DNA from: Kiloniellaceae bacterium
GTDB taxonomy: Bacteria; Pseudomonadota; Alphaproteobacteria; Kiloniellales; J153
NCBI GenBank assembly: GCA_021776055.1
Contig: JAJFGP010000142.1
Span: forward strand, 1,298-65,297
Reading direction: 5' to 3'
Length of the DNA stretch: 64,000 nt
In this document: piece by piece, positions 26,205 to 36,408 of the stretch
How the letters are laid out: every line of letters begins with the position of its first letter
Numbering within the stretch: position 1 is the stretch's first letter
Made by a program: the position numbers and the translations under genes
Notes under the pieces: model-generated
What the model saw: only the letters and a program-made list of their open reading frames with translations
What the model was told of the DNA's origin: nothing
Databases searched by the model: none

Positions 26205-26866
26205 GCGCCTTCGCCGATGTGGTCGCGCGCGATCTGCGCCTGGCCCTGCGCCAGCGCGGCGATGCGGTCATGGTGGTGCTCTTCTTTGTCCTGACCGCCA
26301 TGCTCTTTCCTTTTGCCGTCGGGCCGGAACCGAACCTGCTGGCGCGCTTGGCCGCCGGGGTGATCTGGGTCACCGCGTTGCTCGCCGTGCTGCTCTCCCT
26401 CGAACGCCTGTTTCTCGCGGATTTCGAGGACGGCTCGCTGGAACTGCTGGTGCTAGCCCCCACCCCCCTGAGCCTGACGGTATTGGCCAAGGTTTTAGCC
26501 CACTGGCTGACCACAGGCTTGCCGCTGATCGCGGCCGCACCCCTGATTGCCCTGCTTTACAATATGGACGAAGCCGCCTTGCCAGTGCTCATGCTCGCCA
26601 TGCTCCTGGGCACCCCGAGCCTGAGCCTGACCGGCGCCGTCGGAGCGGCCTTAACCCTGGGCGCCCGGCGCGGCGGCGTGTTAGTGCCGCTGCTTGTCTT
26701 GCCGCTCTATATCCCGGTGTTGATTTTCGGGGTCGCCGCCATCGACGCTGCCCTTGCAGGTCTGAGCGCCCGTCCGTATCTCCTGTTTCTCGGAGCGATA
26801 TTCTTGGTCAGTTCGGTCGTTGCGCCCTTGGCGTCGGCGGCGGCCTTGCGGCAGGCGGTTGAATGA
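26201..26866 (+). CDS. ccmB: Heme exporter protein B
   Basis: FPFAVGPEP, DFEDGSLE, LPLYIPVLIFG; GTG at 26201. Confidence 0.96.
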   Translation: MSAFADVVARDLRLALRQRGDAVMVVLFFVLTAMLFPFAVGPEPNLLARLAAGVIWVTALLAVLLSLERLFLADFEDGSLELLVLAPTPLSLTVLAKVLAHWLTTGLPLIAAAPLIALLYNMDEAALPVLMLAMLLGTPSLSLTGAVGAALTLGARRGGVLVPLLVLPLYIPVLIFGVAAIDAALAGLSARPYLLFLGAIFLVSSVVAPLASAAALRQAVE

Positions 26867-26918
26867 CTAGGTTTAAGGTGCGTTGGGCACGCACGATAGA
26901 AGGACTGCGGCCGTGAAC

Positions 26919-27641
26919 ATGCACCGTTTTGCCAATCCGGGCCGCTTCGTACGCCTGGCCGAGCGGATTCTGCCCTGGACCGGCGGGCTGGCGGTATTGG
27001 CCCTCGGGATCGGCCTTTATCTCAGCCTGTTCGTGTCGCCGGCCGATTACCAGCAAGGCGAAAGCGTGCGCATCATGTATGTGCACGTGCCAGCCGCCTG
27101 GATGGCGCTGTTCGTCTATACGGTGATCGCCGCCGCCAGCGCCTCGGCGCTCATCTGGCGCCATCCCCTGGCCGATCTCGTCGCCCGCGCCTCGGCACCG
27201 GTGGGCGCTGGCTTTACCTTTCTCGCCCTGGCCACCGGATCGCTATGGGGCAAGCCCATGTGGGGCACCTGGTGGGTCTGGGATGCGCGCCTGACCTCGG
27301 TTCTGGTGCTTTTCTTCCTATATCTTGGCCACATGGCGCTGAGTAACGCCTTCGACGACCAAAGCCGCGGCAACCGGGCGGCGGCGGTCCTGGCGCTGGT
27401 GGGCTTTATCAATGTGCCGATCATCAAGTTCTCGGTCGATTGGTGGAGCACCCTGCACCAGCCGGCCAGCGTCGTGCGCCTCGACGGGCCGAGCATCCAT
27501 CCGTCCATGCTCTGGCCGCTTCTCATCATGGCCCTGGGGTTCAAGCTCTATTATGTGAGCCTGCTGTTGCTGCGCGTAAAAGGCGAGGTGATGGCCGCTC
27601 GTTTGCGCGCCCGGTCGATGGCCGCCCTCGATGCAACCTAG
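26919..27641 (+). CDS. ccmC: Heme exporter protein C
   Basis: IMYVHVPAAW, WGKPMWGTWWVWDARLTS, WWSTLHQP. Confidence 0.98.
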   Translation: MHRFANPGRFVRLAERILPWTGGLAVLALGIGLYLSLFVSPADYQQGESVRIMYVHVPAAWMALFVYTVIAAASASALIWRHPLADLVARASAPVGAGFTFLALATGSLWGKPMWGTWWVWDARLTSVLVLFFLYLGHMALSNAFDDQSRGNRAAAVLALVGFINVPIIKFSVDWWSTLHQPASVVRLDGPSIHPSMLWPLLIMALGFKLYYVSLLLLRVKGEVMAARLRARSMAALDAT

Positions 27642-27647
27642 GAAATA

Positions 27648-27848
27648 TTGACGAAGATCATGGAGCAGATGCAGACGTTTCTGGCAATGGGGGGTTATGG
27701 CATTTTTGTCTGGCCGGCCTTTGCTCTTACCGCGGTGATCCTCATCGGGATGCTTGTGACCACCCTGAACCATCTGCGCGCGGTGCAAAGCGATCTGGAT
27801 CGCCTGCAAGTCCCTGAGCAAACCCAAGCCCAAGAGGCCCGGCAATGA
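27648..27848 (+). CDS. ccmD: Heme exporter protein D
   Basis: FLAMGGYGIFVWPAF; position between ccmC and ccmE; start uncertain (27648, 27660 or 27669). Confidence 0.9.
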   Translation: MTKIMEQMQTFLAMGGYGIFVWPAFALTAVILIGMLVTTLNHLRAVQSDLDRLQVPEQTQAQEARQ

Positions 27849-28297
27849 CCCGTAAACGCCGGCGCCTCTATATGGTTCTCGCGGCGATGTCGATCCTCGC
27901 CGGGGCCGCCGCCCTGGTGCTCGGCGCCTTGCAAAGCGAGCTTACGTATTTCTACAGCCCCACCGACTTGGCCGCCGGCAGCGCGCCGGCTGGGCGGTCC
28001 ATCCGCCTCGGTGGACTGGTCGAGGAAGGCTCGGTCGAGCGTTTGGACGACGGGGTGACAACAAGCTTCCGCGTCACCGATCTGACGAGTAGTGTGCCCG
28101 TGACCTATCGCGGCCTGCTGCCCGACTTGTTCCGCGAGGGGCAAGGTGTGGTCACCGAGGGCAGCCTGAGCGCCGACGGCGCCTTCGTCGCCCGCGAGGT
28201 GCTGGCCAAGCACGATGAGAATTACATGCCGCGCGAAGTAACGGACGCCTTGAAAAAGTCCGGGCAATGGCGCGACCCCACGGAGGCAACAGAATGA
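27845..28297 (+). CDS. ccmE: Heme chaperone CcmE
   Basis: LPDLFREGQGVV, LAKHDENYMP. Confidence 0.98.
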   Translation: MTRKRRRLYMVLAAMSILAGAAALVLGALQSELTYFYSPTDLAAGSAPAGRSIRLGGLVEEGSVERLDDGVTTSFRVTDLTSSVPVTYRGLLPDLFREGQGVVTEGSLSADGAFVAREVLAKHDENYMPREVTDALKKSGQWRDPTEATE

Positions 28298-30279
28298 TCC
28301 CCGAGATCGGTCACTTCGCCCTCATCTTGGCCCTGATGGTCGCTCTGGTGCAGGGCAGCGTGCCGATTATCGGTGCCGCCCAAGGCCGGACCGCGTGGAT
28401 GGATGTGGCCCGCCCGGCGGCGTTATTGCAATTGGCGCTGGTCACCATCGCCTTCCTGGCGTTGACGTGGGCCTTCGTGGTTTCCGACTTTACCGTGCTC
28501 AATGTCGTGCAGAATTCGCACACCGCCAAGCCGTTGCTCTACAAAATCTCTGGCGTTTGGGGCAACCACGAGGGCTCCATGGTCCTCTGGGTGCTGATCC
28601 TGGCCGCCTTCGGCGCCGCCGTGGCGGTTTTCGGTGGCAACCTGCCACCCCCCCTGCGCGCCCGCGTGCTCTCGGTGCAGGCGTGGATCGCCATCGGATT
28701 CCTGGCTTTCTCGCTGCTTACCTCGAATCCGTTCGAGCGTATTTTCCCAGCCCCCCTCAACGGCCGGGATTTGAACCCGCTGTTGCAGGACCCGGGCCTG
28801 GCCTTCCATCCGCCCATGCTCTATGCCGGCTACGTCGGCTTTTCCATGGCCTTTTCCTTTGCCATCGCCGCCTTGATCGAAGGCCGCGTCGACCCGGCCT
28901 GGGCACGCTGGGTGCGGCCGTGGACGCTGGTTGCCTGGTGTTTCCTAACCGCCGGCATCACCTTGGGCAGTTGGTGGGCGTACTACGAGCTTGGTTGGGG
29001 CGGCTGGTGGTTCTGGGACCCTGTGGAGAATGCCTCGTTCATGCCCTGGCTTATGGGCACGGCGCTTTTGCATTCGGCTATCGTGGTGGAAAAGCGCGAC
29101 GCCTTGAAGGCGTGGACCATCCTGCTGGCCATCCTCACCTTTTCGTTGTCCCTGATCGGCACATTCATCGTCCGCTCCGGCCTGCTCACCTCGGTCCATG
29201 CCTTCGCCACGGATCCGGAGCGCGGCCTGTTCATTCTGCTGTTGCTGTGTGTGACCATCGGCGGCTCGCTGATCCTATTCGCCATTCGCGCGCCGGCGGT
29301 GCAGGCCGGCGGCTTGTTCGCACCGGTCAGCCGCGAGGGCGCGCTGGTACTCAACAACCTGTTGCTGGTGGTTGCCTGTGGCACGGTCTTTCTCGGCACC
29401 CTCTATCCGCTGTTCCTGGAGGCCGCGACCGGCGACAAGATCTCCGTCGGGCCGCCCTTCTACAACAAGACTTTCGTGCCGATTATGGTGCCCCTCATCG
29501 CGGTCATGGCCATAGGGCCGTTTCTGGCCTGGAAGCGGGCCGATCTAGCCGGTGTGCTTGGCCGCCTGAAGCTCGCCTTCGCCGCCGCCGTGCTGGCTGC
29601 TTTGGGCGCTGTTGCCCTGGAAGGCGGCCCGGTGCTGGCCGTTCTGGCCATGGGGCTGGCGGCGTGGCTGATCGTCGGCACGCTGGCTGAGTGGGCGGAC
29701 CGGATCAAGCTGTTCCGCGCCCCGCTGGGCGATAGCCTCCGCCGGGCCCGCGGCCTGCCCCGCTCGGCGCACGGCATGACCCTGGCGCACGCCGGCCTGG
29801 CGGTTGCCATGGCGGGCATGACCGCGGCGGCAAGCTGGAAGGTAGAGTCGGTGCAGGTCATGCAGCTCGGCGACAGCGTCGAGATGGCCGGTTACACGTA
29901 CCGTCTGGACCGCGTGGACCAGGTACAAGGACCGAACTATACGAGCGACATAGCGCAAGTCACCATCAGCCGCGGTGATCGCCACGTGGCACGGCTCACA
30001 CCGGAGAAGCGCCTTTATCCCGTGCAGCAGATGCCAACCACCGAGGCCGGCATCCATACCACCGGCCTGGCCGATCTCTATGTGGTGATCGGTGATCCGG
30101 ATGAGGCCGGCGGCTGGACCGTGCGTATCTTTCACGAGCCGCTGGTGCCGTGGATCTGGGCCGGCGTCCTGATGATGGTCCTTGGTGGCATCGTTTCCCT
30201 GAGCGACCGGCGGTTCCGTCTCGGTGCGCCCGCCCGGCGCGCCAAGGCGCCGGCCGGTGCCACGGTCGCGCAGACCTAG
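28294..30279 (+). CDS. ccmF: Heme lyase CcmF
   Basis: WGNHEGS, NPLLQDPGLAFHPP, WGGWWFWDPVENAS, SVHAFA. Confidence 0.98.
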   Translation: MIPEIGHFALILALMVALVQGSVPIIGAAQGRTAWMDVARPAALLQLALVTIAFLALTWAFVVSDFTVLNVVQNSHTAKPLLYKISGVWGNHEGSMVLWVLILAAFGAAVAVFGGNLPPPLRARVLSVQAWIAIGFLAFSLLTSNPFERIFPAPLNGRDLNPLLQDPGLAFHPPMLYAGYVGFSMAFSFAIAALIEGRVDPAWARWVRPWTLVAWCFLTAGITLGSWWAYYELGWGGWWFWDPVENASFMPWLMGTALLHSAIVVEKRDALKAWTILLAILTFSLSLIGTFIVRSGLLTSVHAFATDPERGLFILLLLCVTIGGSLILFAIRAPAVQAGGLFAPVSREGALVLNNLLLVVACGTVFLGTLYPLFLEAATGDKISVGPPFYNKTFVPIMVPLIAVMAIGPFLAWKRADLAGVLGRLKLAFAAAVLAALGAVALEGGPVLAVLAMGLAAWLIVGTLAEWADRIKLFRAPLGDSLRRARGLPRSAHGMTLAHAGLAVAMAGMTAAASWKVESVQVMQLGDSVEMAGYTYRLDRVDQVQGPNYTSDIAQVTISRGDRHVARLTPEKRLYPVQQMPTTEAGIHTTGLADLYVVIGDPDEAGGWTVRIFHEPLVPWIWAGVLMMVLGGIVSLSDRRFRLGAPARRAKAPAGATVAQT

Positions 30280-30288
30280 GACGGACCC

Positions 30289-30852
30289 GTGACAACCGGC
30301 ATGGTCATCGGTCGACGGCTGGCGTATCTCGCACCGCTCGCCATCTTCGGCATCCTGGCCGTCTATTTCGCCTGGGGCTTGAACCCAGATCGCGACCCAC
30401 GCGCGCTACCCTCGGTCATGATCGACCAGCCGGTGCCCGAGTTCGCCCTTCCGCCCATCGCGGGCATGGACGGACCGGGATTGAGCGCTGCCGATCTGCG
30501 GACCGGCGAGGTGACCCTGGTGAATTTCTTCGCCTCGTGGTGTGTGCCGTGCCGCCTCGAACATCGCGTCCTGATCGAGCTGGCGACGCAGGACAAGGTT
30601 CGCCTCTTCGGCATCAATTACAAGAACAAGCCGGAGGAGGCGCGCGCCTGGCTGGCGGAGTTGGGTAACCCCTACGGCCGCATCGGCGCCGATACGACGG
30701 GGCGCGTCGGCATCGATTGGGGCGTTTACGGTTTGCCCGAGACATTCATCATCGATCGCAGCGGGCGCATCCGCTATCGGCGAGCCGGGCAGATCGATCA
30801 GCAAACGCTGAATGAGACCATCCGACCCTTGATCCGGGAGCTATCGCAATGA
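30289..30852 (+). CDS. ccmG: Thiol:disulfide interchange protein DsbE/CcmG
   Basis: NFFASWCVPCRLEH, GVYGLPETF. Confidence 0.96.
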   Translation: MTTGMVIGRRLAYLAPLAIFGILAVYFAWGLNPDRDPRALPSVMIDQPVPEFALPPIAGMDGPGLSAADLRTGEVTLVNFFASWCVPCRLEHRVLIELATQDKVRLFGINYKNKPEEARAWLAELGNPYGRIGADTTGRVGIDWGVYGLPETFIIDRSGRIRYRRAGQIDQQTLNETIRPLIRELSQ

Positions 30853-31337
30853 AGGCGCTTAGTCTCGCGTTCGGTCTGCTGCTCACTGGCCTAGCGTCCG
30901 CGTGGGCGGTGGAGCCGGGCGAGATACTCGACGATCCGATTCTCGAGGCCCGTGCCCGCGACTTGTCGCGGGAACTTCGTTGCCTGGTGTGCCAGAACCA
31001 GGACATCGACTCGTCGAATGCCGATCTTGCCCGCGATCTGCGCGTTTTGGTGCGCGAGCGCTTGGTGGCGGGTGACAGTGATGATCAAGCAAAGGCGTTC
31101 CTGGTGGCCCGTTACGGCGACTTCGTTCTCTTCGACCCACCCATGAAGCCGGCAACATACGTGCTCTGGTTCGGCCCGGCGCTGATGGTCCTGCTCGGCA
31201 CCGGGGGCCTCATCGCCTATCTCGCGCGGCGGCGGCGAAACCCCGCTATTCCCGCGGCCCCCTTAAGCGCCGACGAGCGCCGGCGGCTTGAGCGCCTGCT
31301 TAGCGATACGGATACGCCGGAGTCTCATCCGCAATGA
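30849..31337 (+). CDS. ccmH: Cytochrome c biogenesis protein CcmH/CycL
   Basis: LRCLVCQNQDI, RYGDFVLFDPP. Confidence 0.96.
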   Translation: MKALSLAFGLLLTGLASAWAVEPGEILDDPILEARARDLSRELRCLVCQNQDIDSSNADLARDLRVLVRERLVAGDSDDQAKAFLVARYGDFVLFDPPMKPATYVLWFGPALMVLLGTGGLIAYLARRRRNPAIPAAPLSADERRRLERLLSDTDTPESHPQ

Positions 31338-32545
31338 TCTTTTGGATTGTCGCCGGAACTCTGACGATATTTGTAGTCGCCGGATTGCTGGTGCCGCTGC
31401 TACGCCGGCCGGATGCCGGCGCTAATCGCGACGCCTACGACTTGGCCGTTTATCGCGACCAGTTGGCCGAGATCGACCGAGACCTGGCCCGCGGCGAAAT
31501 CGGCGCCGAGCAGGCAACGGCCGCGCGCACCGAAATCGAACGCCGCCTGCTTGCTGTTGCCCCCGGTGCCCCGGAACCTGAGGCGCGGGAATCGGTTGGG
31601 CCACGACCTGCCGCCCACCGTCTTGCGGGAACCGTCCTGGCAATCGCCGTGCCCGCGGCCGCGGTTGGGGCCTATCTTCTTCTCGGCACGCCCGATGTCC
31701 CCAGCCAACCCTTCGCCGAGCGCAAGACGACGGTGGATGCGGCTACACAGGCGGCACCAGCCTTGAATCAACTGGCCGAACGCTTGGCGGAGCGCCTGGC
31801 GACCGCGCCCGATGATCGCGATGGGTGGATACTGCTGGCCCGCACCTTTACGGAAATGCAGCGTTTCGACGCGGCGGCACAGGCCTACGCCCAAGCGATC
31901 GAGAACGGTTTCGACGAAGCGGAGTTCCATGCCGCCCGGGGCGAGTCCCTGACGGCTGCCGCCAACGGCACGGTCATCCCGGAAGCGCGCCAAGCCTTTG
32001 CCAGCGCCCTCGAGCGCGATCCGGGCGAACCGCGCGCCCGTTATTACGCCGGTCTGGCCCTGGTCCAGGACGGCCGCACGCGCGAGGCCATGGATGTGTG
32101 GGCAACACTGCTCCGCGAGGCCCCGGCCGATGCACCCTGGCGCCCCTTCATCGCTGCCCAGGTGCGCCGGGCAGCGACCGCAATGGGCGAAGATCCACCG
32201 CTCGAAGCCGCGGAGGTCACCCCAGCCCCACAGGCGCCTCCGGCTATTGCCGGTGCGCCCGGCCCCAGCCAAGCGGATGTGCAGGCCGCCGGAGAAATGA
32301 GCGAGGAGGACCGCGCCGCCTTCATCCGTACCATGGTCCAGCGCCTGGCCAGCCGCATGGAAGAACAGCCGGACGATCTCGACGGCTGGCTGCGCCTGGC
32401 CCGGGCTTACGGGGTGTTGGGCGAAGCGGTCCGCGCCAAGGAAGCGCTGGCCCGAGCGGACGCCCTGGTCCAGAACCTGCCCGCCGGGGCCCCGGAACGG
32501 GCCGCCGTAGCGGCCGCACGCGCCGCCTTGCCGCCAGGGAACTAG
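31334..32545 (+). CDS. ccmI: Cytochrome c biogenesis protein CcmI/CycH (TPR)
   Basis: VYRDQLAEIDRD, TPR-like DGWILLAR, LDGWLRLARAYGVLG. Confidence 0.95.
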   Translation: MIFWIVAGTLTIFVVAGLLVPLLRRPDAGANRDAYDLAVYRDQLAEIDRDLARGEIGAEQATAARTEIERRLLAVAPGAPEPEARESVGPRPAAHRLAGTVLAIAVPAAAVGAYLLLGTPDVPSQPFAERKTTVDAATQAAPALNQLAERLAERLATAPDDRDGWILLARTFTEMQRFDAAAQAYAQAIENGFDEAEFHAARGESLTAAANGTVIPEARQAFASALERDPGEPRARYYAGLALVQDGRTREAMDVWATLLREAPADAPWRPFIAAQVRRAATAMGEDPPLEAAEVTPAPQAPPAIAGAPGPSQADVQAAGEMSEEDRAAFIRTMVQRLASRMEEQPDDLDGWLRLARAYGVLGEAVRAKEALARADALVQNLPAGAPERAAVAAARAALPPGN

Positions 32546-32671
32546 GGGCGGACTAGAGGCGAACTGGGCGCCGCTTTTTTCCTTTGAAAGCCGGCCAAAG
32601 GCCACTACCCTGCCTCCCTAAGACCTTGCAAATACCGTTAGAAAAGAAGGTCACAGGGAGATTTTGGGCCC

Positions 32672-33466
32672 ATGGCGGAAGTCGCCACCAGGCCATCTGT
32701 TGCCGAGCCAGCCCTCGTCTGCGAGGACGTCCATAAGAGTTTCGGCGCGCTGGAAGTGCTCAAGGGCGTCTCGCTGACCGCCAGCGAAGGCGACGTGATT
32801 GCCATGCTCGGCTCCAGCGGCTCGGGCAAAAGCACGTTCTTACGCTGCATCAACTTACTGGAAACGCCGGATTCCGGGCGCATTTCCGTCGGCGGCGAGC
32901 TGATCCGCATGACCAAGACCAAGAGCGGCCGCACCATCCCGGCCGATCAAGACCAGGTCGACCGCATCCGCTCGCGCCTGGGCATGGTCTTTCAGCAATT
33001 CAACCTGTGGTCCCACATGACGGTGCTGCAGAACGTAAGCGAGGCCCCGATCCACGTCCTCAAGGTGCCGAAAGCCGAGGCCCTGGAGCGCGCCAAGGCA
33101 ATGCTCAACAAGGTCGGCCTGGACGATAAGCTGGACTACTACCCCTCGCACCTCTCGGGCGGACAACAACAGCGCGCCGCCATCGCGCGGGCCCTGGCCA
33201 TGGAGCCCGACGTCTTGCTCTTCGACGAGCCCACCTCGGCCCTGGACCCAGAGCTGGTCGGCGAGGTGATGCGGGTCATCCGCCAATTAGCGGAGGAAGG
33301 GCGAACCATGATCGTGGTCACCCACGAGATGGGCTTTGCCCGCGAGGTCTCCTCGCACGTGGTCTTTCTCCATCTCGGCCGGGTCGAGGAGGAGGGACCG
33401 CCGCGCGAGGTCTTCGGGAATCAGGAATCGGAGCGGTTCCGTCAATTCCTGGCGAGCAATTTATGA
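32672..33466 (+). CDS. Polar amino acid ABC transporter ATP-binding protein (HisP/AotP-like)
   Basis: [50 protein letters not shown]. Confidence 0.96.
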   Translation: MAEVATRPSVAEPALVCEDVHKSFGALEVLKGVSLTASEGDVIAMLGSSGSGKSTFLRCINLLETPDSGRISVGGELIRMTKTKSGRTIPADQDQVDRIRSRLGMVFQQFNLWSHMTVLQNVSEAPIHVLKVPKAEALERAKAMLNKVGLDDKLDYYPSHLSGGQQQRAAIARALAMEPDVLLFDEPTSALDPELVGEVMRVIRQLAEEGRTMIVVTHEMGFAREVSSHVVFLHLGRVEEEGPPREVFGNQESERFRQFLASNL

Positions 33467-33491
33467 CGCAACAACCAAAAGGAGTGGAAAT

Positions 33492-34274
33492 ATGCTGAGA
33501 AAAATCTTTGCGACAACCATCGCGGCGCTTGCGATTGCGCTGATAGCCGGCACCGCCTCGGCGGAGATGAAGAAGGTCCGCATTGGCACCGAAGGCGCCT
33601 ACCCGCCCTTCAACTACATCGATTCGGACGGCAAGCTGCAGGGCTTCGACGTCGACATCGCCAACGCCCTGTGCGCCGCGGCGAAGCTGGACTGCGAGTT
33701 TGTTGTTCAGGATTGGGACGGCATGATCCCCGGCCTGCTGGCGAAGAAGTACGACGCCATCATCGCCTCCATGTCGATCACCGAAGAACGCAAACAAAAG
33801 GTCGATTTCACCGCCAAGTACTACAGTACGCCAGCTAAATTCGTTACCAAGGCGGGAGCCAACATCGAAATCACCAAGGCTGGCCTCAAGGGCAAGACCG
33901 TGGCCGTGCAGCGTGCCACCATCCACGAGAATTTCCTGCAGGATAACTTCGGCGAGGTGATCGAGATCAGATCCTATGCAACCCAGGACGAGGCCAATGC
34001 CGATCTGGCCGCCGGCCGCGTCGATCTGGTCCTGGCCGATTCGGTTGCGCTGGATGAAGGTTTTCTGAAGACCGACGCCGGCAAGGGTTTCGCCTTCACC
34101 GGGCCCGGTTTCACCGATCGCAAGTGGTTTGGCGACGGGGCCGGCATCGCCATACGCAAGGGTGAGGACGAACTGCGCAAGGCCCTGAACGGGGCAATCG
34201 AGCAGATCCGCGCCGACGGTACTTACAAGAATATCAATAGCAAGTACTTCGAGTTCGACGTTTACGGCGGCTGA
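33492..34274 (+). CDS. Basic amino acid ABC substrate-binding protein (HisJ/ArgT-like)
   Basis: Signal peptide; IGTEGAYPPF, QDWDGMIPGL, SMSITEERK. Confidence 0.94.
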   Translation: MLRKIFATTIAALAIALIAGTASAEMKKVRIGTEGAYPPFNYIDSDGKLQGFDVDIANALCAAAKLDCEFVVQDWDGMIPGLLAKKYDAIIASMSITEERKQKVDFTAKYYSTPAKFVTKAGANIEITKAGLKGKTVAVQRATIHENFLQDNFGEVIEIRSYATQDEANADLAAGRVDLVLADSVALDEGFLKTDAGKGFAFTGPGFTDRKWFGDGAGIAIRKGEDELRKALNGAIEQIRADGTYKNINSKYFEFDVYGG

Positions 34275-34302
34275 ACCTAGCCGACCAATACGTAACGCAC
34301 CA

Positions 34303-34331
34303 CCGCCCGCGCCCGGTCTCGGGGCGGGCGG
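34303..34331 (+). terminator. GC-rich hairpin between the binding-protein and permease genes
   Basis: CCGCCCGC-G-CCC-GGTCTC-GGG-GCGGGCGG; no U-tract, so more likely an mRNA stabiliser or partial terminator. Confidence 0.5.
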
Positions 34332-34373
34332 CGGATTGCGGCAGACCTGTTCCGGGGTGGGGCAAACAGGCCA

Positions 34374-35063
34374 ATGTTCGATCTAAAAGGCTACGGATGG
34401 ATGCTTTGGGATGGCGTCCAACTGACAATCGCGGTCGCTATCTGCGCCATGGTGGTGGCCCTTCTCCTCGGCCTGATCGGTGCCTGGGGTAAGCTCTCAA
34501 CATCCCGCGCCACGCGCCTGGCTGCCGAGACCTATACGACGGTCATTCGCGGCGTTCCTGAACTGATCCTCATCCTCCTCGTCTATTACGGCGTACCGAC
34601 CCTGATCCAGGATGTCGCGGAGACGATGGGTTTCGACATCTTCATCGACTTCAACTCGTTCATCGCCGGTGTCCTGACCATCGGATTCGTTTATGGCGCT
34701 TTCGCTACCGAGGTCTTTCGCGGCGCCTACCAAGCGGTGCCACGCGGCCAGATCGAGGCGGCGTATGCCATCGGCATGAGCCGCATACTCATGGCCCGGC
34801 GTATTCTGCTACCGCAGATGTGGCGGTTTGCGCTGCCCGGCCTGGGCAATGTCTGGATGGTGTTGATCAAGGCAACCGCCCTGATTTCAATCATTCAACT
34901 GCCGGAGTTGATGCGCAACACGGATATCGCGGCGCGCGCCGTGCGCCAGCCGTTCACCTTTTTCTTTGCTGCCTCGTTGATCTATCTGGCCATTACCGTC
35001 GTCTCCATGTTGGCACAGCAGCGGGGCGAGGCTTGGGCGAACCGCGGCGTGCGACGGAGCTGA
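34374..35063 (+). CDS. Polar amino acid ABC permease (HisQ-like)
   Basis: IRGVPELILI, EVFRGA, LPGLGNVW, KATAL. Confidence 0.94.
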   Translation: MFDLKGYGWMLWDGVQLTIAVAICAMVVALLLGLIGAWGKLSTSRATRLAAETYTTVIRGVPELILILLVYYGVPTLIQDVAETMGFDIFIDFNSFIAGVLTIGFVYGAFATEVFRGAYQAVPRGQIEAAYAIGMSRILMARRILLPQMWRFALPGLGNVWMVLIKATALISIIQLPELMRNTDIAARAVRQPFTFFFAASLIYLAITVVSMLAQQRGEAWANRGVRRS

Positions 35064-35073
35064 GAGGCGTGGC

Positions 35074-35790
35074 ATGGAACTGATATGGAATAGCCTGCCC
35101 CGCTTATTCGATGGCGCGCTACTGACCATAGAGATCACGGCGGTTAGTGTCGCCCTAGGCCTGTTGGCGGCCGTGCCGCTGGCGCTCTTGCGCCTGTCGC
35201 ATAATCCGTTTCTGCGACTGCCGGTCTATGCTTACATCTTCTACTTCCGCGGTACCCCGTTCATCGTGCAACTATTCCTGATCTACTATGGCAGCGGTCA
35301 ATTCCGCGACACCCTGGAATCGGCAGGCCTGTGGATCTTTTTCCGGGAGGCCTATTTCTGCGCCATTCTGGCGCTAACCCTAAATACCGCCGCCTACACG
35401 GCGGAGATATTTCGCGGCGCCATTCAAGGGGTGCCATTCGGCGAGATCGAGGCAGCGCGGGCTTGCGGCATGTCGCGCGGTCTTTTGTACCGCCGCATCA
35501 TCCTGCCCAAGGCCTTACGCCTGGCCCTACCGGCCTATTCCAACGAGGTGGTCTTTCTGCTGCAAACCACGTCCATCGTCTCAATTATCGCCTTGCTGGA
35601 TTTGACCGGGGTAGCGCGGGTCATCATCGCCCGCAGCTTCGAGCCCTATAAATTGTTCCTCGCCGCCGCTGTCATTTATCTGGTGATGACCTACGGCGTC
35701 CTCTACGTCTTCAAGAAGGTGGAATTCTGGCTTTCGGGCCATCTGCGTGAGCGGCCCGACGATTCGGTCAAAGCGGTGGTCGTTCGGTAA
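35074..35790 (+). CDS. Polar amino acid ABC permease (HisM-like)
   Basis: FRGTP, LNTAAYTAEIFRG, PAYSNE. Confidence 0.94.
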   Translation: MELIWNSLPRLFDGALLTIEITAVSVALGLLAAVPLALLRLSHNPFLRLPVYAYIFYFRGTPFIVQLFLIYYGSGQFRDTLESAGLWIFFREAYFCAILALTLNTAAYTAEIFRGAIQGVPFGEIEAARACGMSRGLLYRRIILPKALRLALPAYSNEVVFLLQTTSIVSIIALLDLTGVARVIIARSFEPYKLFLAAAVIYLVMTYGVLYVFKKVEFWLSGHLRERPDDSVKAVVVR

Positions 35791-35801
35791 TTTCCGATAC
35801 C

Positions 35802-36341
35802 TCAGGCCTGCTGCCGGCGTTTGCCCGCGAGGATGCGGCGGTCGATATCAGCCCCTTCCGGCACTGTCAGACCGGCCAGGCGCAAGGCCTTCAAGACGAT
35901 GGCCCGTTGGGTCGTGCCTTCCTGCGCCGCCAGGATACGGATTTGCCGAATGACACTGCGCGGCAGGGTGACCTGAAAGGCGGTGTCATCCTCCTGCGCT
36001 GGTATGTTTGGCGCTTTCGCGGCGAAAAGATTCTCGATACCGACGTGTGCCTCGGCGAAGAAATCGCCAGGCGACGACGCCGGGCGAGCCGCCGGGGGCG
36101 CGGCCCGGCGCGAGGGCAAATTCACGACCGCCGGACTTCCAACCGCGGGGCGGGGCGTGGACAGAGAACCCGGCCGCCGGACCGGGGCTTCGGCCGATGC
36201 TTGGATGGCGGCCGGAATACTGGCTGGCGGCGGTATGGCCGGATCCCGCGGTGCCATAAATACCGGGTCCTCGGGCACAACCTCCTGGGGCCGCCGCAGG
36301 AACTTGGGAACAGTTCTCAAGAAAGTGTCGTTGCCCGCCAT
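35802..36341 (-). CDS. Hypothetical protein: Pro/Ala-rich linker plus C-terminal ribbon-helix-helix-like domain
   Basis: AAAGGA RBS; C-terminus FQVTLPRSVIRQIRILAAQEGTTQRAIVLKALRLAG has the beta-alpha-alpha RHH pattern. Confidence 0.7.
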   Translation of the reverse strand: MAGNDTFLRTVPKFLRRPQEVVPEDPVFMAPRDPAIPPPASIPAAIQASAEAPVRRPGSLSTPRPAVGSPAVVNLPSRRAAPPAARPASSPGDFFAEAHVGIENLFAAKAPNIPAQEDDTAFQVTLPRSVIRQIRILAAQEGTTQRAIVLKALRLAGLTVPEGADIDRRILAGKRRQQA

Positions 36342-36357
36342 GTCCTTTAACCCCCCG

Positions 36358-36373
36358 GAACTTCATGAAGTTC
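36358..36373. promoter_or_regulatory. Perfect 16-bp palindrome GAACTTCATGAAGTTC (candidate operator)
   Basis: Directly upstream of the RHH gene RBS; overlaps a second dyad AAGTT-CAT-AACTT (36368-36380). Confidence 0.6.
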
Positions 36374-36392
36374 ATAACTTACGGACGTTAAG

Positions 36393-36408
36393 GTTAATGA
36401 ACGGTTAA
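36393..36408 (-). promoter_or_regulatory. CtrA-type binding site
   Basis: Minus strand TTAA-CCGTTCA-TTAAC; an extra TTAA half-site at 36388-36391. Confidence 0.7.

Noticed and set aside
35802-36341. Identification as PopZ
   Set aside because: It lacks the PopZ N-terminal MEEILASIRRII motif and acidic linker, and the C-terminus is RHH-like
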